Shown here in pieces: positions 1 through 11,497 of a stretch of 64,000 nucleotides of DNA. Numbering within the stretch: the stretch's first letter is position 1; each line of letters opens with the position of its first letter. Location of the stretch: the NCBI GenBank assembly GCA_963693365.1, contig CAVNZM010000013.1:2818722-2882721 (forward strand). The letters run 5' to 3'. This DNA is from Amoebidium appalachense. Its lineage: Eukaryota; Protista; Ichthyosporea. The notes beneath the pieces were generated by a model, which was not told the origin of the DNA, ran no database searches, and saw only the letters and a program-made list of their open reading frames with translations. The position numbers were made by a program, and so were the translations under genes.

Positions 1-738
1 GGGGGATGGTGAATGTGCCCCCTGGAGTAAGAGGGTCACACGAAAAAAATACAACGTTGTAGCTCGTATAGAACCCCCCTTGTAGCATAGTACATGTACA
101 TATGTTACTTACACATTCTTGGTTTTTTCAATAACTACCCACAGAACAGCCTTAGCACGAGACATTTACCACAACGTTTGTGGGGGGGATGGTGAATGTG
201 CCCCTGGAGTACGAGGGTCACACGAAAAAAACACAACGTTGTAGCTCGTATAGAACCCCCCCTTGTAGCATAGTATGTGTACATATGTTACCTAGATCTA
301 GACATTATTGGTTTTTCAATAACTACTCACAGAACAGCCTCTAGCACGAGACATTTACCACAAAGTTTATGGGGGGGATGGTAAATGTGCCCCTAGAGTA
401 TGAGGGTCACACGAAAAAAACACAACGTTGTAGCTCGAATAGAACCCCCCTTGTAGCATAGTATATGTACATGTGTTACTTACACATTATTGGTTTTTCA
501 ATAACTACCCACAGAACAGCCTCTAGCACGAGAAATTTACCAAAAAGTATATGGGGGGGATGGTGAATGTGCCCCTGGAGTACGAGGGTCACACGAAAAA
601 AACACAAGGTTGTAGCTCGAATAGAACCCCCCTTGTAGCATAGTATATGTACATATGTTACTTGCACATTATTGGTTTTTTCAATAACTACCCACAGAAC
701 AGCTTCTGGCACGAGAAATTTACCACAAAGTTTATGGG
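1..738 (+). repeat. ~185-bp tandem satellite, ~4 units (runs off window start)
   Basis: Unit GGGGGATGGTGAATGTGCCCCTGGAG...TTTACCACAAAGTTTAT recurs near 1, 184, 374, 555; same unit at 28933-29445 (+) and 42520-42647 (-). Confidence 0.95.
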
Positions 739-817
739 CAGTCTGTTGGTGTGTGCATTTATTATATTTTCAACAGTATAATCATCAACACTGTAGTAGT
801 ACAGGACCGACCGACAG

Positions 818-1076
<259 letters not shown>

Positions 1077-1244
1077 ACGGTTATTGGCTCATACATATTT
1101 GTACTAATCTGTCGAGCATCGAGAAAGGACCGAGCGCACATACGATTCCTAATCAATGTCTGTACAACGGACGTCACAATCCTACCGTAAAGTGCATGAA
1201 GCATGCCTCGAGAGGAAGGTGGATTTGTGAAGTGTACGAATCGG

Positions 1245-1890
1245 AAGGTAATAAGACCACAAACCTCAGCTTTGTTTGCAAAAGGGTAGTTTGGATCCTC
1301 CTTCAGGCACGTGATGAACTCACTGACGCCTTTTATATACGCCTTCTGCCCATCGGGGACGTTTAATGTAGACAGAGGCGAGTCAATGTCATTGACCTCG
1401 AACGCCACCTGGTGTGCCTGGTGTGCCCGCACCTTATAATTATCCCTCATTTCCCTGTATGCATTGCCATCCCTAAAAAAACTCCAGGTGGTGTGTACAT
1501 TCTGGTGGTGTTGCGTCCTCGTCACCACTATCCGAGTTTTCCGCTGTGTCCTCCCCGCTATCACCGCCCGGGCAGGTCGGCGGCTTCGGCGTCATCCTCA
1601 CTCTCTTCCATACCGCTGGCGGGCCCATCAAGCTGCATGTCATCATTCTGCCTCGCCTGTGTTGAGCTGCGTGTACGCCGCTGGTCAGTTGCACGTTCCA
1701 AGAGCATGGTCTCCGCAGAAACTTTGTGAATAAACGTGCGGTGGGATTCCATTGCCCCGCGGTTCGCGAACAGCGTGGTGCATTCCGGACAGATAACCCT
1801 CATTTTCCACTTGGTGCACGTGTGTCCTGTGCAGGCAGAAAACCCCTCGTCGACACGTCAGGTGGACGCTCGAAGACTGGTGATGTCGCA
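1245..1890 (-). pseudogene. Frameshifted coding remnant with a C2H2-type zinc finger and acidic linker
   Basis: ORF pieces 1561-1803 (CPECTTLFANRGAMESHRTFIH), 1473-1694 and 785-1564 join into one plausible reading. Confidence 0.5.
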
Positions 1891-1896
1891 AACAGA

Positions 1897-1979
1897 GGGG
1901 GGGGGGGGGGGGGGGGGTGGGGCCACCGCCGCGGGGGGCCCCCCCCGCCCCCTGCCCCCCCCCCCCCCCCCCCCCCCCG

Positions 1980-2013
<34 letters not shown>

Positions 2014-2779
2014 GGGGGGGGGGGGGGGGGGGCCCCCCCCCCCCCCTCGGGCCCCCCCCCCCCCCCCGGGGAACCTCCCCGGGGGGCGGGGGGGGCGCGG
2101 GAGGGTCGCGGTTGGTGAGAGCAGCCAGGACGCCAGCCATCTGGGTGCTGATGGCGGTGAGGGCGGCCAGGACGGCGTCTTAAGAAGTCTTTGGGGGGGG
2201 GGGGGGGGGGGGGGGGGGGGTGGGGGGGGGGGGGGGAGGTGAGCGGGGGGGGCGGGGGGGTGGGGGGGGTGGGGGCGGGGGGGGGCGGTGTGTGCGGGGG
2301 GGTTGGTGGGCCTGGGGCGGGGGGGGGGGGGGGGGGGGGGGGGGGTGGGTGGGGGGGGGGGGGGGGGGGGGGGCCGGGGCCTTTTCGGGGGGACGCGGAA
2401 CGGGGTAGGGGGGGGAGGGGGAGATAGAAAGGAGAAAAAAGAAAAATAAGGAAGATAAAGTTTGAAGGTTAGAGATAAAAAACATATGTTGCTTTCTTGT
2501 CTGGTTAAATACTCTCTTTTAATCTTCTAAATCTAACCAAACTAAACTAAATAAAACAATATATAATAATTTATGTAATCTTTATAAAGCCATTCATCCA
2601 TCTCTCTTGTGATTTGTTTTTTCTGTTTTTTGATGTGTTTGGTGGCCAGCAGGGGGCCGGCAAACGGCAGACAACCAACAACTAATAAAAGAAAAAATGA
2701 TTATATCGTTATTGTGTTACCACCCTACAACTATACCCCGAAAAAAATTAATGTCAATAATTTCCACAAATAAAACCTT
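1897..2779 (-). mobile_element. Degraded or low-quality 5' fragment of Ngaro element (A repeat + gag start)
   Basis: 2095-2180 matches gag (AISTQMAGVLAALTNRDPP); 2750-2779 matches the A-repeat start; the rest is collapsed into G/C runs. Confidence 0.85.
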
Positions 2780-3549
2780 GCCTGTGCCGATTGGTTTAAA
2801 ATCATTGTTTTCGCGCCCTCGCACCCACGCCAAGCCTTGCCGGCCATGGTAATAGTGGACTGTGTATGGAGTATTTGCTATCATGGGTTATGTACCATTA
2901 TTTATTAATTAATAAATGAAAGATTTTTTATAGTTATTTACTTTTTTTTTAATAAATATAACACCATCTCCTGCTGAAGTTCTTTGTTTCACCAATTATC
3001 ACATTTTGAGGTACGCCATGTGGACGCCGTTTCATTGGCAGATGTAACAATTGTACCCTGGTGTGCCTAGTTACATGCATATAACATTAGTGTTTACATC
3101 AGGATTTAGATAAGTGAGAACAATAATTTAAATTTTACAGTTTCGCACACGTTTTCTACTAGTACTCCTACGCCTATACAATATTTCAGTTGTATTTTTG
3201 GGTCGCCACAACGCAGCGGATCGCCGCGAAACGGATTGGTTGGAAATCACATGTTCGCGCGGGCGTTGTGTGCGGTACATGCTTCGCAATACACCATTTA
3301 ACATGTGCTCACATTATTTACATAATTTGAATTATATGAATATTGTTTTTCATTTATTCGAAACTTTTTTACTTTCTATGTTAATGATATTACATATTGT
3401 GTCATGTCACATAACCAAAGGCCTCTAAAACGGGCCATATCATTGGCGATATATCACGGAATACAAATCGCGGGCGGATTTATGCCTGATAGTCGCGATC
3501 GTTGGTTAGTGAGGACCAATGAAAAAATTTTACAGAGATTTTGAAGAGG

Positions 3550-4890
3550 GGATCATGATGATCATGAGGGCAGTAAGGCTTCGACCAACGACGGTAGCCG
3601 CAAAAGCCCCCTAAAGGCCAGTCAGGGCAGTAGCAACGCCGGGAACAAAGGGGGCAGTAAAGTGGCTGTGCCCGGTAAGGGTGCTGGGGGTACTGGCCTA
3701 AAGGCACAAAAGCCACAGGTGAAGGTGCACAGCAAGGCTGAGCAGAATTCCCAGCGCATCATGCAGGGCATCGACACGACACCTGGAAACTAGGGCATCG
3801 ACACGACACCTGGAAACTACCGGCCGCGCAAAAATGGTGAGGGGTGCTTACTGTTAGTGTTTGTGAAGTACTTGCTTGCCCATATAGGTAGCAAGGTGAA
3901 AGCTTTTCCTGTTTAGTTTACCGTTGTTGCCCTGCAGCACACATCTACTGTATTTCAACATCATCTCATTCTGAGATCATGTTGACAAGTTTGTGACAGT
4001 CCACTTGCGAAACATCATGGCTTCAAGTAGAGTGTTAGTGGCTCTTGCCGCGCTACAGGCAGCGGAGGCAAAAGGGGAAGGTGTTGCAGTGTCACGTTCG
4101 TTTACGTCACCCATTCCTTTTCGCGATGCAAGAAAGTTTTTGTTGAAAGATGACCTTTCAAAAACATATCTGAAACGTGGGCCGAACAGCGCACCAAAGC
4201 TAGGTGCTCAATCACTAAGTGTGACGGGCACGAGGACGACAATTTTTGGTTGTCAAAGATGGAACCAAGTGACCTAGTTGCGCTTTATGACAGGCTCATC
4301 GTAGCTGAGGGGGGCTTGTATCTGTCAGATTCTCACGTCGATGGTTCACAAATCACAGACAGTCAGTATCCCGACCTCACAGACTTCTGTTACCACATCC
4401 CCTTGGGCGTGCAACATTATGGAGAAGAGATGGAAGGGCTCAATCTTGCGCTAGCATACGCTCAGGTGTCGGTAGTCGGCATAACACGTTTCGCTGGTCA
4501 CGTAGAAGATGCGGCCCTCCCTGCAGCAAACATTCTCGTTTGTGGTTACAAAGTTTAGTTCGTGCATCCACCATGGCAATACCTTCGCATCCTCGAACTT
4601 GCCCGCAAAGGCATCTCTGGATTGGAATGCGAGAATCCATTGCAACACAATGTTTTCTTCCCCTCTCTGTTTCGTTTCTCCTATCACAGGGACTAGCCCC
4701 TGAGGTAGTTGTGCAGGGCCTAGGAGATCTCATTCAAACAACACCGCTTGCACTTCACTATGGGTTTCAGTGCGGGCCAAACGTAGCGTTTGCGGTGAAC
4801 ACTGCCACAAAGCAGTGGTTAAACTGCATGGCGGAATACGTAGCGTGTAGCTGCTGGGAGCATTTCATGCCCGACGACTCCCAAAGATGA
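3550..4890 (+). pseudogene. Broken coding remnant of unknown function inside the IR element
   Basis: Consecutive frameshift-linked ORFs 3993-4277, 4250-4558, 4540-4890, plus an upstream G/K/S-rich stretch with a 27-bp tandem duplication (3765-3818) that creates a TAG stop. Confidence 0.4.
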
Positions 4891-5078
4891 TTCGTGCGTT
4901 TCACTCAGTTCAGCAGCACAATTTGCCCGTTGCTTGTGGTGCATCCCCCCCCCCCCCCCCCCCCCCCCCCCTAACCCCCACGATTCATACACTTCACACA
5001 ACCACCTTCCTCTCGAAGCATGCTTCATGCACTTTACGGTTGGATTGTGACGTCCGTTGTACAGACATTGATTGGGAA

Positions 5079-5279
5079 ATGTAGTTTGATAGACCACATA
5101 ATACCGCAACACACACACGTCACATTCACAACAGACACCCAGAAAGATAGCCTACCTGTAAATTACAACATCCTTGATTTTATACTAAACACGCGTAACT
5201 ACGACCTGTTTATTAGATGTATTGATTGGCTTGAGAAACACATCACTACAAAATTATAGCGCACGCGCACACACACACA

Positions 5280-5326
<47 letters not shown>

Positions 5327-5358
5327 CCAGCTGATACCGAGTGTCCCGAGGGGAGCCC

Positions 5359-5398
<40 letters not shown>

Positions 5399-5595
5399 GG
5401 GGAACCCCAACTAATTGATTTCTCCTTGTAGTCTTTATGGTGTCTCGTAGAGAAAGTAAACCCTGATATATAGTCACCACCCGACATCTATGTACGTGAT
5501 CATGATATACCGCTGAGGGGATATTCCGAGCAAAACCCCCCCCCCCCATACCTGAGACTGGTTCTCTTTGCCTCGAGTAAACAGCGTAAACCCCC
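5079..5595 (+). mobile_element. 5'-truncated LINE copy (ORF2 end + 3' UTR)
   Basis: Near-identical to 20976-21505; flanked by direct repeat ATTGGGAA (5071-5078, 5596-5603). Confidence 0.95.
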
Positions 5596-5764
5596 ATTGG
5601 GAATTGTATGTGCGCTCGGTGCTTTGTCGATGCTCGAAGCATGCTTCATGCACTTTACGGTGGGATTGTGACGTCCGTTGTACAGACAATGATTAGGAAT
5701 TGTATGTGCGCTCGGTCCTTTCTCGATGCTCTACAGATTAGTACAATATGTATGAGCCAATAAC

Positions 5765-6360
5765 TGTTATTTTGTGTGGGTAAACGGAGAAGCAGAGAGC
5801 ACAGATGGGTGTTATGTAAAACACAACACAAAGACACACGGGAAAAACACAACCGGAGAGGAGGAACGATTTCTGGAACCATAGGAAGTGAATACGACTG
5901 CTTATGATTTATTTCAAGATGAGGTCCCTTTTATACTTGGGAATGTGAAACGATAAACCAATCAAAAGAATGAAAACTATGAGTGTAAAATATATCGAAT
6001 AAAATGTCTGTCGACATTTAGAATATAAAACTCAATCCTCTAATGAAAGAAACTTCTAATAAAAACACGGAAACATTTAATAAAATGAAACCACTTATGT
6101 AACTATTAATTCATAACATATATTTATACATGTTCTTATCATAACACGTCTAAATATAATTATTCCTAATAGTTGAAGAACATAGCACAATGCTACGTCG
6201 TGGGAAAGGAATGAGAAAGGAATGTAAGTTACTATATTTGGGAAAATACAAACGAGATATGATTGGATGACATATATAGATTTTGACGCAAACGACAATA
6301 CGTGTGCGCGAGCTAAGTATGTCGATACGTACACAGATCTAAGATGTCGTGTACACGGAA
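5765..6360 (-). repeat. Copia-1 3' LTR, lacking its first ~112 bp
   Basis: Matches 10783-11378; the segment equivalent to 11379-11490 is absent next to the PPT. Confidence 0.93.
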
Positions 6361-6847
6361 TCCCCACTCAAGGGTTGGAAGTTGGGTTCTCGTGAAGTTT
6401 GTTGATGTGACTGTTGATGTTAAGACTTTCACACATGTAGAAGTAGGTGCCGTGAAGTCACAGTCAAGTTTCCCCACTCGAGAAGACAATGGAGAAGACT
6501 TGAAGGTGCAAGCCGGGGAAGAAAACCAAAACGGAAGAAGCACACAACGACGGTTGCCTCTGAAGACTCGGAAGATGACGGTAGCCAATGACGTGATATA
6601 TAAATATATATAGAAGAAACAACTAGTGTATGTGTGACGTGTTGGTGGCTAATGATAAATACATTATATATATGGTGGTATATAAATAAACGACGGATGG
6701 TGGAGAAGAAATCCCCACTGAAGATGCACACACTGAAGATCGATGAAGACAGCAGTAGACTTTCGTTGGGAGGTGTCTCTACACGGTGATGTGTAGACCA
6801 CTGGCCAGGGCCCCAACCTACTTGAAGACCACTGTACTAGTAGATGA

Positions 6848-6894
<47 letters not shown>

Positions 6895-8157
6895 CTCAGT
6901 CACGAAGACTGAGTGAATCACGGTGCTGCTCGTGGGAGGGCCCGGGCAGGGGCTTGGTGAAGATGTCAGCCACGTTGTCTTTGCTGGACACGTAGGTGAC
7001 GACCACATCCCCACTCTTGATGTAGTCCTTCGTGTTGTGGTAACGGACTGCAATGTGTTTGGTCCGGTGCTTGATGCTGTTGGTGTGCAGGAGGGCAATG
7101 GTGGACTGGTGTCACAGTAGACGGGGGTGGGGTCGGTCATCGGGTAGCCGAGTTCACGGAGGAGATCACGGTGCCAGATGACGTTTTGAACAGCAGCATT
7201 GATGGCCAGAAGCTCAGCCTCGGTGGTGGATGTTGCCGTGATGGACTGCAGCTTCGAATACCATGTGATGGGTATGCCCTTGAAGAAGATGACGTATCCG
7301 GTGGTTGAACGACGGGTGTTGGGGCAGTTGGCAAAGTCAGCATCAGAATAACACTCCAGCAAGGGGGTGTTGTCGTCGGAAGCAGACTTGTCGTAGTGAA
7401 GGCCGAGGTTGGAAGTGCCGATGAGGTACCGAACTACACGGAGTAGACATTCCCATGCAAGTTTGGTGGGGTTGGCACTGAATCTACCGAGGTAGCCGAT
7501 GGCAAAGGAGATGTCGGGCCGGGAACAACGAGCAACCCACAAAAGACGGCCGAGTAGTTCACGGTAGGGAACCTTGATGGGTGGTGAGTCGTTCTCGTTG
7601 ATGGTGATGACGGTGCCGACGGGAATGGGAGTAGCCTTGGGGTGAGCATCGTTGAGGTTGAAGTCTCTGACGATGTCGTTGATGTAGGATTGCTGAAGCA
7701 GCTTGAGGTGACCGGGGGTGTGGATGAGCTGGGTGCCAAGGAAGATGTCGGGAAGGTCAACCTTGCAGAGAGCTGACTTCATGATGTGGTCTACTAGATC
7801 CTTGGTGTGGGAGGAGTTGGCCGTGCAGATGATGATGACGTCGTCCACATAGTTGCCAGTGAGGATGATGTCACCGTTGGGGAAGGTCTTGATGTAGACA
7901 CATGGATCTGAACGGAGACGTTCGAGACCGTGAGCAAGGAGGACCTTGTCGAAGTACTCATACCAGGCCAGTGATGCTTGCTTGAGCCCGTAGAGTGCCT
8001 TCTTAAGTTTCCAGACCTTGTGTTCGTTGCCGGGGGTGATGAAGCCAGGAATAGGACCGGTGGTGAGGGGGGCATCGGTGTCCACAGGGCTGCTCGTGGC
8101 CGAGTGGAAGGTGGGGGACCCAGGACGAACCGGAGTCATGTAGCCGGGTTGATGCAC
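6895..8157 (-). pseudogene. pol: Copia-1 RT-RNase H with N-terminal RT deletion and frameshifts
   Basis: KLKKALYGLKQA, NYVDD, YSDADFA motifs; PIPGF joined directly to ITPGNEHK where Copia-2 has ~550 bp more. Confidence 0.92.
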
Positions 8158-10706
8158 AGCAACGGGGGGGCCGGCAGCAAGGGTTGTTGGCCAGTGGGGG
8201 GGGGGCTCGGGGGAGGCACGGGTTCAACCGGGGCTGGTTGGTTGTGCCAGGACGGTTGGGAGATGACCACAGACGGAGTTTCATCGTCGTCGTCGGAGGG
8301 GGGGTCCAATGTCGGCAGATCGGGTTTGGGGGGAACGGAGACCTGATTGGTGCTGCCCGTGAATTTCGACTCGTCGAAGATCACATCACGGCAGATCTTG
8401 ATTTGGTTGCAGGCATGGTCGAGGATCTTGTGTGCCTTGGAGGGTAGGTCCCAGCCGACGTAGGTGCCGACTCTGACGGTTGATGCCAGCTTGTTCCTCT
8501 TTGACCGGGGAACATGCACATAGGCAGGGGAGCCGAACACGTGGAGCTGGGAGACGTCGGGTTTGAAGCCGTGGAAGGCCTCGAAGGGAGTGTTGCCGTT
8601 GGCAGCAGATGACGGTGTGACGTTGATGATGTAGCTTGTATGCTTGAGAGCAGCAACCCACAACTTGGGAGAGAGAGGTTGGTCCTTGTCGGCATGGAGT
8701 AAGCAACGGACTGTCTCTTGCAGTTCTCTCATCTTCCGTTCAACAACACCATTGTGTTGTGGTGTGTCGACGGGGGCAAACTCCATGATGATGCCTTTCT
8801 GCTTGCAGTAGGCCTCGGTGTCCTTGGAGGTGAACTCAGAGCCGGAGTCAAACCGAAGATGGGTGACGATCTCAGGTGTCTGACGTTCGATGGTTTCAAC
8901 GAGAGACTGAATGTGGCTGAGGGTTTCACCACGGTTGTAAAGGGGGAACACGGTGGTGTAACCGGTGGCATCACAAACACACACCAGAGCAACCTTGTAG
9001 CCTCCGTAGGAAGCACAGGGAGCTTCGAAGAAGTCCAGGTGCCACTTAGCACCGGGAATGGTGAACTTGGAACGGGTGCCGGGAAAGGGGGCCTTGGTGG
9101 TCTTGCCAGACATGCAGCCGAAGCAGTCACTGTTGTCGGGTGACTTGAGGGAGGGGGGCATGCCGATGACAAGCTCATCCTTGGCCATCCTGGTGACGGT
9201 GGAGAGGGCACGGTGGCCGAGACGGTTGTGCCAAAGGGTGAGGTCGTCGGGTGGTTGAGTCCTTGCTGTGTAGGCTTGGACCCCCGGGTGTTTAGGAGTC
9301 TCAATCACATAGTCAGTGATGTAGTAGAGACCGTCGAGGGGGGTGAGATCTGTAATAATGTCACCATTACGGCTGTAGAGGAACGACGGGTGGTTGTCTG
9401 TATCGTCACAATGACCTAGGAGGCCGGCAGCTGATGCCATGGAGGTAGACACGAGGAAAGACGGTGCCTCGGGTACGTAGTAAGCATTGATGCTGCACGG
9501 TGTTGGGTGGCCGTTGTAGTGCAGTGTCATGTTGATGATGCCACGTTGTTTGGCATTGACTGTGCCGAGGCCGTGAATGGGGGTGGGAGGACACGGGGTA
9601 AGGGAGGAGAAATACTCCTTGATGGGGCAGATGTGTGCATTACAAGCACTGTCCCAGACGGGGTCGTTACTGTCAGGTGTGCCGGTGGAGGAGATGAGTG
9701 CAAATTTCACACTCTTGACACCTTTCTCCTGCTTGGCACGACGAGCAACTGTGCAGCCAGGCTCCGGGCATGCTGTGATGTGGTGGGGCTCATGGCAGTA
9801 GGAACACTTCACACTGTTGGTGTTGTGCGGTCGGTTACGGTTGTCCCTGTTACCACGGTGGTAAGGGGAAGTTGAACGGGGGCCGGGTGACTTGGAGGGA
9901 GGACGAGGATCACGGGAACGGGACGGGGAACGGTGAGGTGTATGCTCACGTCGAGGAATACGGTTACGGAGGTCACCGGGGGGAAGCACTCTGCTCTGGA
10001 GTGCACGGAGGGGACGGTTGTTGACGGTTGCACCTGTGCCTGCGTCGATGAGGCCGGCACGGATTTCAGCTCCTCGGATGTCACTGATGAGCATGTTGAA
10101 GGACGGGTAGGCCTTGTTGTTCATCCAGTAGTCGGAGCAGAGACGTTCAATGTCGGGGCAGACCAGGGCTGTGTTCTTCCGGATGTGGAGGAAGAACTTA
10201 CGTACGACATCCTTGTGCTGGACGGGTTCGTCGAGGCAGGCAAGTGTCGTAGCCAGACGTTGGAGACGGGTGAGGTATGCTGTGACGTTGGGGTAGTCTC
10301 GTAGTTCAAGCTCCTCGAAGGTGACTTGAATCTGGGTGACTCGGGCCTCCTTCTCTGCTACATACGCCATACGTAGGTTGTGGAAGACTTCACCACCGTG
10401 GACACCGTCTTGCATCCGGCCGGAGTCGTAGAGCTCGGTCGGGTGGACGGACTGGTTGAGGATCTGGTCGAGGACGTCGGAAGCTTTCTTGTAGGAGTCC
10501 TTGGTGGTGTAGCCTAGCCACTGGTTGGCTTCAGCGCCGTCAACCCACTGTGGCCTCTTGATAGCGTCAACGAATTTCTCGGCAATGGTGGTTCTAATGA
10601 ACCGGTGAATGAGTGGCTCCCACTCGAAATAATTAAGACGTTTCTCGTCTCGTTTCTCGGACGGATTCCATATTGGAAGGTTGATATACGACGGTTTGTC
10701 AGTCAT
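8136..10706 (-). CDS. gag-pol: Copia-1 gag-protease-integrase polyprotein
   Basis: 856-aa ORF: CSYCHEPHHITAC knuckle, WDSA protease, WHNRLGH/CFGC HHCC, HLD..FDSGSEF..NGVVER DDE core. Confidence 0.95.
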   Translation of the reverse strand: MTDKPSYINLPIWNPSEKRDEKRLNYFEWEPLIHRFIRTTIAEKFVDAIKRPQWVDGAEANQWLGYTTKDSYKKASDVLDQILNQSVHPTELYDSGRMQDGVHGGEVFHNLRMAYVAEKEARVTQIQVTFEELELRDYPNVTAYLTRLQRLATTLACLDEPVQHKDVVRKFFLHIRKNTALVCPDIERLCSDYWMNNKAYPSFNMLISDIRGAEIRAGLIDAGTGATVNNRPLRALQSRVLPPGDLRNRIPRREHTPHRSPSRSRDPRPPSKSPGPRSTSPYHRGNRDNRNRPHNTNSVKCSYCHEPHHITACPEPGCTVARRAKQEKGVKSVKFALISSTGTPDSNDPVWDSACNAHICPIKEYFSSLTPCPPTPIHGLGTVNAKQRGIINMTLHYNGHPTPCSINAYYVPEAPSFLVSTSMASAAGLLGHCDDTDNHPSFLYSRNGDIITDLTPLDGLYYITDYVIETPKHPGVQAYTARTQPPDDLTLWHNRLGHRALSTVTRMAKDELVIGMPPSLKSPDNSDCFGCMSGKTTKAPFPGTRSKFTIPGAKWHLDFFEAPCASYGGYKVALVCVCDATGYTTVFPLYNRGETLSHIQSLVETIERQTPEIVTHLRFDSGSEFTSKDTEAYCKQKGIIMEFAPVDTPQHNGVVERKMRELQETVRCLLHADKDQPLSPKLWVAALKHTSYIINVTPSSAANGNTPFEAFHGFKPDVSQLHVFGSPAYVHVPRSKRNKLASTVRVGTYVGWDLPSKAHKILDHACNQIKICRDVIFDESKFTGSTNQVSVPPKPDLPTLDPPSDDDDETPSVVISQPSWHNQPAPVEPVPPPSPPPTGQQPLLPAPPLLCINPAT

Positions 10707-10770
10707 GATTGAAGCAGTAAGACTGAGAGATTTTCGCGGTTGTAGCGAGATTGTGTGTTAGCGTGCAAAG

Positions 10771-10782
10771 GGGCCGTAAACC
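10771..10782 (-). promoter_or_regulatory. Copia-1 primer binding site GGTTTACGGCCC
   Basis: Abuts the 5' LTR; resembles copia tRNAiMet-half PBS GGTTATGGGCCC; same at 63289-63300. Confidence 0.8.
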
Positions 10783-11490
10783 TGTTATTTTGTGTGGGTA
10801 AACGGAGAAGCAGAGAGCACAGATGGGTGTTATGTAAAACACAACACAAAGACACACGGGAAAAACACAACCGGAGAGGAGGAACGATTTCTGGAACCAT
10901 AGGAAGTGAATACGACTGCTTATGATTTATTTCAAGATGAGGTCCCTTTTATACTTGGGAATGTGAAACGATAAACCAATCAAAAGAATGAAAACTATGA
11001 GTGTAAAATATATCGAATAAAATGTCTGTCGACATTTAGAATATAAAACTCAATCCTCTAATGAAAGAAACTTCTAATAAAAACACGGAAACATTTAATA
11101 AAATGAAACCACTTATGTAACTATTAATTCATAACATATATTTATACATGTTCTTATCATAACACGTCTAAATATAATTATTCCTAATAGTTGAAGAACA
11201 TAGCACAATGCTACGTCGTGGGAAAGGAATGAGAAAGGAATGTAAGTTACTATATTTGGGAAAATACAAACGAGATATGATTGGATGACATATATAGATT
11301 TTGACGCAAACGACAATACGTGTGCGCGAGCTAAGTATGTCGATACGTACACAGATCTAAGATGTCGTGTACACGGAAACGGAAAAGAAAGAAAGAAATG
11401 AAGAAAGGAAAAGGAAACAAACTACAACAACTAATAAATAAATACCAAACTCAACTTCTAAGTCTTGCTGAGAATTAAGTGAAGATGACA
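10783..11490 (-). repeat. Copia-1 5' LTR (708 bp)
   Basis: TG...CA; homologous to 61313-62020 and 62580-63288. Confidence 0.96.
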
Positions 11491-11497
11491 ATAACCG

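Larger units (their letters stand above)
5765..11490 (-). mobile_element. Ty1/Copia LTR retrotransposon, family 1 (defective copy)
   Basis: TG...CA ends, TSD ATAAC (5760-5764, 11491-11495), PBS, PPT at 6361, domain order gag-PR-IN-RT-RH. Confidence 0.97.
1078..11497. mobile_element. Element bounded by ~170-bp inverted repeats (CGGTTATTGGCTC...GAGCCAATAACCG); putative non-autonomous TIR transposon
   Basis: 1078-1245 is the reverse complement of 4980-5078 + 5604-5764 + 11496-11497 once LINE and Copia inserts are removed; right arm has an extra ~88-bp duplicated unit. No TSD or transposase recognised. Confidence 0.7.

Noticed and set aside
1897-2760. Novel G-quadruplex or Gly/Pro-rich gene
   Set aside because: Aligns to the Ngaro 5' end with bases collapsed into G/C runs; most likely poor consensus quality.
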